Source: Mustelus asterias (lineage: Eukaryota). From it: 64,000 nt of DNA. Shown in pieces: positions 57,510 to 64,000 of this stretch. Under the pieces are notes generated by a model. It made no database searches. It saw only the letters and a program-made list of their open reading frames with translations, and had not been told where the DNA came from. Where the stretch lies: positions 10,664,001 to 10,728,000 of the forward strand of contig NC_135830.1 of assembly GCF_964213995.1 (NCBI RefSeq). The letters are read 5' to 3'. The position numbers were made by a program, and so were the translations under genes. Position 1 is the stretch's first letter. Every line of letters begins with the position of its first letter.

Positions 57510-60500
57510 CAGTACCACTTACCCGCCTGATCCCCATAACCCTTAATTCCCTTACCGATCAGGAATCCATCCATCCGGCTTTAAACATATTCAGAGAGGT
57601 AGCCTCCACCACCTCAGTGGGCAGAGAATTCCAGAGATTCACCACCCTCTGGGAGAAGAAGTTCCTCCTCAACTCTGTCTTAAACCGACCCCCCTTTATT
57701 TTGAGGCTGTGTCCTCTAGTTTTAACTTCCTTACTAAGTGGAAAGAATCTCTCCGCCTCCACCCTATCCAGCCCCCGCATTATCTTATAAGTCTCCATAA
57801 GATCCCCCCTCATCCTTCTAAACTCCAACGAGTACAACCCCAATCTCCTCAGCCTCTCCTCATAATCCAAACCCCTCATCTCCGGTATCAACCTGGTGAA
57901 CCTTCTCTGCACTCCCTCCAATGCCAATATATCCTTCCTCATATAAGGGGACCAATACTGCACACAGTATTCCAGCTGCGGCCTCACCAATGCCCTGTGC
58001 AGGTGCATCAAGACATCCCTGCTTTTATATTATATCCCCCTCGCAATATAGGCCAACATCCCATTTGCCTTCTTGATCACCTGTTGTACCTGCAGACTGG
58101 GCTTTTGCGTCTCATGCACAAGGACCCCCAGGTCCCTTTGCACGGTAGCATGTTTTAATTTGTTTCCATTGAGATAGTAATCCCATTTGTTATTATTTCC
58201 TCCAAAGTGTATAACCTCGCATTTCTCAACGTTATACTCCATTTGCCATATCCTCGCCCACTCACTCAGCCTGTCCAAATCTCTCTGCAGATCTTCTCCG
58301 TCCTCCACACGATTCACTTTTCCACTTATCTTTGTGTCGTCTGCAAACTTCGTTACCCTACACTCCGTCCCCTCCTCCAGATCATCTATATAAATGGTAA
58401 ACAGTTGCGGCCCGAGTACCGATCCCTGTGGCACGCCACTAGTTACCTTCCTCCAACCGGAAAAACACCCATTTATTCCGACTCTTTGCTTCCTGTCGGA
58501 TAGCCAGTCCCCAATCCACTTTAACACACTACCCCCAACTCCGTGTGCCCTAATCTTCGTCAGCAGCCTTTTATGGGGCACCTTATCAAACGCCTTTTGG
58601 AAATCCAAAAACACCGCATCCACCGGTTCTCCTCCATCAACCGCCCTCGTCACATCTTCATAAAAATCCAACATGTTCGTCAAGCACGACTTTCCCCTCA
58701 TGAATCCATGCTGCGTCTGATTGATCGAACCATTTCTATCCAGATGCCCTGCTATCTCCTCTTTAATAATGGATTCCAGCATTTTCCCTACTACAGACGT
58801 TAAGCTGACCGGCCTATAGTTACCCGCCTTTTGTCTCCTTCGTTTTTTAAACAGCGGCGTAACATTAGCCGTTTTCCAATCAACCGGCACTACCCCAGAA
58901 TGCAACAAGTTTTGATAAATAATCACTAACGCATCCACTATTACCTCTGACATTTCTTTCAATACCCTGGGATGCATTCCATCCGGACCCGGGGACTTGT
59001 CCACCTTCAGTCCCATTAGTCTACCCAGCACTGCCTCTCTGGTAACATTAATCGTATTAAGTAATTCTCCTGCTGCCAACCCTCTATCGTTAATATTTGG
59101 CAAACTATTTGTGTCCTCCACCGTGAAGACCGACACAAAAAACGTATTTAAAGACTCAGCCATATCCTCATTTCCCACTATTAACTCCCCCCTCTCGTCC
59201 TCCAAGGGTCCAACATTCACTCTAGCCACTCTATTCCTTTTTATATATTTATAAAAACTTTTACTATCATTTTTTATATTAATTGCTAGCCTAGCTTCAT
59301 AGTCTATCCTTCCTTTCTTTATCGCTTTCTTAGTCTCTCTTTGTTGTTTCTTAAATTTTTCCCAATCACTTGTTTCTCCACTATTTTTGGCCACTCTGTA
59401 CGCAGCTGTTTTTATTTTAATACTTTCCTTTATTTCCTTCGTTATCCACGGCTGGTTCTCCCTTTTCTTACAATCCTTGTTTTTTGCTGGAATATATTTT
59501 TGCTGAGAACTGAAAAGGATCTCCTTAAAAATCCTCCACTGTTCCTCAGCTATCCTACCTGCCAGCCTGCTCTCCCAGTCTACCTTAGCCAATTCATCCC
59601 TCATCCTATCATATTTCCCTCTGTTCAAACAGAGGACACTGGTTTGAGACCAAACTTTCTCCTCTTCCATCTGAATCAGAAATTCGACCATATTGTGGTC
59701 ACTCGACCCAAGAGGGTCCTTCACAATAAGATCCTTAATTCTACCTACCTCGTTACACAACACCAGATCCAAAATAGCTCGTTCCCTCGTCGGTTCCGTA
59801 ACATGCTGTTCAAGGAAACTATCCCGACAGCATTCTAAGAACTCTTCCTCCATTCCACCCTTACCGACTTGAGTCTGCCAGTCAATGTGCATGTTGAAGT
59901 CCCCCATGATTATTGCCGTTCCGTTTTTACACGCATCCCTTATCTGCTTGTTTATAGCCCTCCCTACCTCAACATTATTATTTGGGGGCCTATATACCAC
60001 ACCTACTAGTGTCTTTCTCCCTCTACTATTCCTCATCTCTACCCATAATGATTCCACGTTTTGTTCCTCAGAGCCTATGTCATCCCTCAGTACTACCCTG
60101 ATATTATCTCTTATTAATAGCGCGACCCCACCACCTTTTCCTTCCTGTCTATTCTTCCTAAACGCCTGATACCCCTGGATATTCATCTCCCAGTCCTGGT
60201 CACCTTTCAGCCACGTTTCTGTAATGGCCACTAGATCGTACCCACTTGTGCTGATTTGCACCATCAACTCATTCACCTTGTTCCGAATGCTTCGTGCATT
60301 CAGGCAAAGTGTCCTTATTCCAGCTTTTATCTGGACCCGCTTTGATGAGTCGCGAACACCGTCTCCCTCTACTCCCTTATCTAAATTACCGCCTTCATTC
60401 ACTTGCACCCTCTCCTCTACCATTAATTTTGTAATTCCCCTTACCCCTGCATCCTCCCCCCCATCAATTAGTTCCTTGATCCTAGTCAACTCTTCTAGCT

Positions 60501-60513
60501 CCCCTCCCCCCAA
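57510..60513 (-). pseudogene. CR1 ORF2 (APE endonuclease + RT); open for 827 aa, then one nonsense codon and a terminal frameshift
   Basis: LNARS, ITETW, MGDFN, SDHN, GVPQGSVLGP, KFADDTK; GAA>TAA at 58030-58032 with the same frame continuing in 57559..58011; 1-nt loss near 57577. Confidence 0.93.
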
Positions 60514-60518
60514 CCTAT

Positions 60519-61457
60519 CTAGTTTAAATTCTCCCCAGTAGCCGTAGCCAACCTACCGGCCAGGATATTGGTCCCCGTGTGATTCAAGTTCCACCCGTTT
60601 TTTGTATACAGATCACCCCTGCCCCTAAAGAGGTCCCAATGGTCCAGGAACCTGAATCCCTGCCCCCTGCACCAGTCCCTCAGCCACACATTCATCCTCC
60701 ACCTCACTCCATTCCTGCCCTCACCTTCCCGTGGCACAGGCAGTAATCCTGAGATTACTACCTTTGCTTTCCTCTTTCTCAGCTGTCTCCCTAATTCCCT
60801 GTACTCCCTTTTCATGACCCCTTCTCCCTTCCTACCCACATCAGCGGTACCAATATGTACCGCTACCTCAGGCTCCTCTCCCTCCCACCTCAGGATTTCC
60901 GGGACGCGACTAGCGACATCCTGGATCCCGGCCCCAGGGAGGCAGACCACCATGCGAGAATCCCGCCTACCTCCGCAGAAACGCCTGTCTGTCCCCTTCA
61001 CCATCGCGTCCCCGATTAATACCGCCTTCCTCCTCTTTTCCTTAGCCCTCTGAGTTACAGGGCTGGACTCCACTGCGGAGACACGGCCACTGCTGCTTCC
61101 CCCAGGCGGGCTGTCCCCCCCAGCAGTACTCAAGCAGGAGTACTTGTTGTGCAGGGGCAAATCCACCGGGGAGCTCTCAACCACCCTAGCCTTACCCTTC
61201 CTGGCCGTCACCCACTTGGCCTCTTCCCGTGGCCCTGGTGTGACCACCTGATGATAGCTCTTGTCTATCACCTCCTCATTCTCCCTCATCAGCCTAAGAT
61301 CCTCGAGTTGTAGTTCCAGCTCCCTAACACGGTCTCTCAGGAACCGCAGCTCGACACACCCCTCACAGATGTGGATGTCCGGGAGGCCAGATGCCTCCAG
61401 GACCTCCCACATCCTACACTGGGAACAACACATTGGTTTCCCACTCATACTGGACAC
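60519..61457 (-). CDS. CR1 ORF1 protein (CxxC...CxxC, coiled coil, SGNH/esterase-like)
   Basis: 312-aa open ORF: CCSQC..HICEGC, LELQLEDL, VLIGDAMVKG, HIGTAD, NLNHTG. Confidence 0.92.
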   Translation of the reverse strand: MSSMSGKPMCCSQCRMWEVLEASGLPDIHICEGCVELRFLRDRVRELELQLEDLRLMRENEEVIDKSYHQVVTPGPREEAKWVTARKGKARVVESSPVDLPLHNKYSCLSTAGGDSPPGGSSSGRVSAVESSPVTQRAKEKRRKAVLIGDAMVKGTDRRFCGGRRDSRMVVCLPGAGIQDVASRVPEILRWEGEEPEVAVHIGTADVGRKGEGVMKREYRELGRQLRKRKAKVVISGLLPVPREGEGRNGVRWRMNVWLRDWCRGQGFRFLDHWDLFRGRGDLYTKNGWNLNHTGTNILAGRLATATGENLN

Positions 61458-61603
61458 TTTATGTCAAGTAAGACAGTGAAAAGTTAATAAGAGTGTAAGG
61501 AAACAAAAACTCACCCCTGCTCGTCCAAGCCCTGTGAGCCAAAGCCCTGACAGCTCACTCAACTTCCCACTCACTCTGCTGCCCGCTGTATACTTTGGTG
61601 CAC

Positions 61604-61953
61604 TTTTAAACCCTCCAAAAACTTCCCCTGGCCACTCCTGGCCTGACTTCCGGTTTTGAAAAAAACCTCCGATTTTAAACCCAAAATTAACTGAAAAAAT
61701 AAATAATTAATTACAGTCAGCAAACCCACTCTCTTACCCTCAGCCTGCTCCTGGGAACAATGAAGCTGAACCTCCAAGGTAAGCCCTTTTTAAACCCTCC
61801 AAAAACTTCCCCTGGCCACTCCTGGCCTGACTTCCGGTTTTGAAAAAAACCTCCGATTTTAAACCCAAAATTAACTGAAAAAATAAATAATTAATTACAG
61901 TCAGCAAACCCACTCTCTTACCCTCAGCCTGCTCCTGGGAACAATGAAGCTGA
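61604..61953. repeat. 184-bp-period tandem duplication in the CR1 5'UTR
   Basis: 61604-61769 repeated at 61788-61953. Confidence 0.95.
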
Positions 61954-61961
61954 TCATTGCT

Positions 61962-62071
61962 GTAATTAAATTGTTGATCATATTGTTTAATTGAAAAAGT
62001 AATTAAATTGTTGATCATATTGTTTAATTGAAAAGTAATTAAATTGTTGATCATATTGTTTAATTGAAAAA
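61962..62071. repeat. 3 x 36-37-bp tandem repeat
   Basis: GTAATTAAATTGTTGATCATATTGTTTAATTGAAAA(A) three times. Confidence 0.95.
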
Positions 62072-63039
62072 GTTACACATAAAACAGTACAAAACACAAT
62101 GAGGACAATTTATTCAAATCCTCTGCAAGACTGAGACATGATGAAAAATAAGTCGAGATTTTGTTCTTCAGTTTAATATTTAATAATAATTAAACAGAAG
62201 TTTCAGATTGAGTAAATTCGTCTGTGCTGACATTTGTTCTTCCTATCATTTTATTCTGTCTGCAGCAGTATTGGAAGACAGAATGTTATTGCTAGGAGCA
62301 GAACTAATATAAAACTTCCGTAATTAAACTAATCAGTGTGAATTTCAAGCATTTACTTGCCGTTGTCTGGCGAGCACCTGTCGACACCTTACCACAATTC
62401 AAAAACCAAATGAACAATTACTTCATGCTAGCGAACTTCAGCTCTCAGAAAACTGTTTAAGATTAGAGTAGTGATTAATTATCTATCGACATATTACTTT
62501 AAAGCAATAATTTGGCTGCGCCTGCAACCGAAAAAAAATGCAATAACAGGATACATACATTACCAAACTGCAATGTAAAACTCCTATTTAAGTGACGGTA
62601 AACTTAATTAGCGCAAAACGATTGTTTCAAAATATCTTGTTGAACTAAACGTTGATGTGGAATCAGCCTGTACTCATTGAAATAGTTTCAGAAATAATCA
62701 CAAAATGTTTTCAGCCTAGAACCTTTCTCGTTTATGTTAATTGTGTGCAATGCACAGCATAGTTGTGAAAGGGGATTAATGATATCAACATCAAATATTT
62801 TTGGTGAATAAGGAGTACATTACCGCGAAGCAATTGTTTCAATTATATTAATTTCACTCTACAAACTTCAAACTTGTTAAGTAAGTATTGATTGTAGCAA
62901 TGAATTATATTCTGAATGATTTTTTTTCAGCCATGCTGTATTTTAATCTGCAATCATCATTTACATTTATAAAAGTGTATCTTTATTTCATTTTTTTCCG
63001 AAACCTGCCTGTTTTTTCCCCGACAATCGTGCTAAAGTA

Positions 63040-63970
63040 TTTTCAAATGCATTGAACCAGAAGACGTGGCACCACGCAGTGTCAACCAGTTTAAACAATG
63101 CAGAAGCAATACCGAAACTCCAAACCATTCCACAAATTATAAACATTTTAAGTCACCCAGATACACAATCTCCTCAGCAGAAAAATACTAAAACACATCA
63201 CCGAGGGAATGAACCCCGTTTTATGGAGAAGCAGCTCAATTATCCATTCAACAGAAATAAATGTAACATCGCACGAAGATCTCAATACGGAATCCAGCAG
63301 AAGATCTCGTCACCAAATTATTAAACTAAACAGCAATCTGGAATGATAACAATAATATTGTGAAGAGGTGGAATATGTCCAACAAATTAATATTGAAACT
63401 TTATCACATTTTATTCATATTGGATCACATTTCAAAGAGACTTCAAACATATTTAAACATTTCGATGGGAAAAGCTGCAGCCATCAGATGCCACCGAAAT
63501 TAAACATTGCAGGTATCACAAATTGTGAATTCAGTGACAAACTATGTTCTGAACGAACGGCGTAAACCGTGCCTTAGTTTAATCTGGAATTATCATTTGA
63601 GATTTTTTTTAAAAACTGCAATAAATCTTGCCTGAGTTCTGCCTGCAATCATGCGTCAAGCAGTTTCAAACGTGTTGAATGTTTGTATTCAATCACAAAG
63701 AGTGTAACAGCTCAGTGTCACCGAGTGTAAACAATGCAGAAGCAATACAGAAACACCAAATCATTTCACACATTTTACTTATTCAAAGTCACCCAGACAC
63801 ACAACCACCTCACCACAAAAAAACACATCACTGAGGGACTGAACCCCATTTCATGCAGAAGCAGCTCAATTCCACAAATACTTTCAACAGAACCAAATGT
63901 AAAATTGACAGAGAATCTCAATATAAAATCCAGCCAATCTGTTAATGACAAACCCAATTAATAATTAAAT
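63040..63970. repeat. diverged tandem duplication, period ~635 bp
   Basis: TAAACAATGCAGAAGCAATAC, AGTCACCCAGA.ACACAA, CACATCAC.GAGGGA.TGAACCCC recur at ~63090-63270 and ~63730-63900. Confidence 0.8.
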
Positions 63971-64000
63971 GGACAGAAATATGCCACAACAACACGAGAT

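Larger units (their letters stand above)
57417..61950 (-). mobile_element. young full-length CR1 LINE, sense to IgM, in the presumed J-C intron
   Basis: 5'UTR, intact ORF1, nearly intact ORF2, (TTCTTATG)n tail; same family as 5801-7110; TCAT at both junctions. Confidence 0.97.

Noticed and set aside
56600-62700. Intronic enhancer from scattered E-boxes (CAGCTG, CACCTG) in the AT-rich flanks of the CR1
   Set aside because: No octamer or clustered arrangement seen; motif density compatible with chance

Overview
Eukaryotic DNA from a cartilaginous fish (shark-type HE1/V-SINEs, CR1, Rex1/Babar and Penelope elements, shark-type IgM). From left to right: (1) a TCR alpha/delta-like V pseudogene with a 23-spacer RSS on the + strand (~3.0-3.3 kb). 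(2) A ~18-kb tandem array of ~1.22-kb units (3.3-21.7 kb). Units typically carry a decayed tRNA-Val gene and a Penelope-derived end with a fossil hammerhead-like motif; the array is interrupted by two CR1 LINEs and a Tx1/L1-like 3' end. (3) A mixed tRNA cluster (23-35 kb) with apparently intact tRNA-Leu(TAG) and tRNA-Lys(CTT) plus many pseudogenes. (4) A complete, open IgM heavy-chain constant region on the - strand (Cmu1-Cmu4/secretory tail at 50.7-46.3 kb, TM1/TM2 at 38.6-38.3 kb); no V/D/J was found inside the window. (5) The presumed J-C intron, holding low-complexity blocks and a young full-length CR1. Most notable: the usual G|GTAAA membrane-splice donor inside Cmu4 reads G|GGAAA; a 156-bp duplicate of the Cmu4 acceptor and 5' exon with immediate stop codons sits upstream of the real exon; and a TCR-like V lies inverted 3' of the IgM cluster. 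All calls were made by eye, repeat boundaries are approximate, and most short ORFs in the track are repeat-derived noise.
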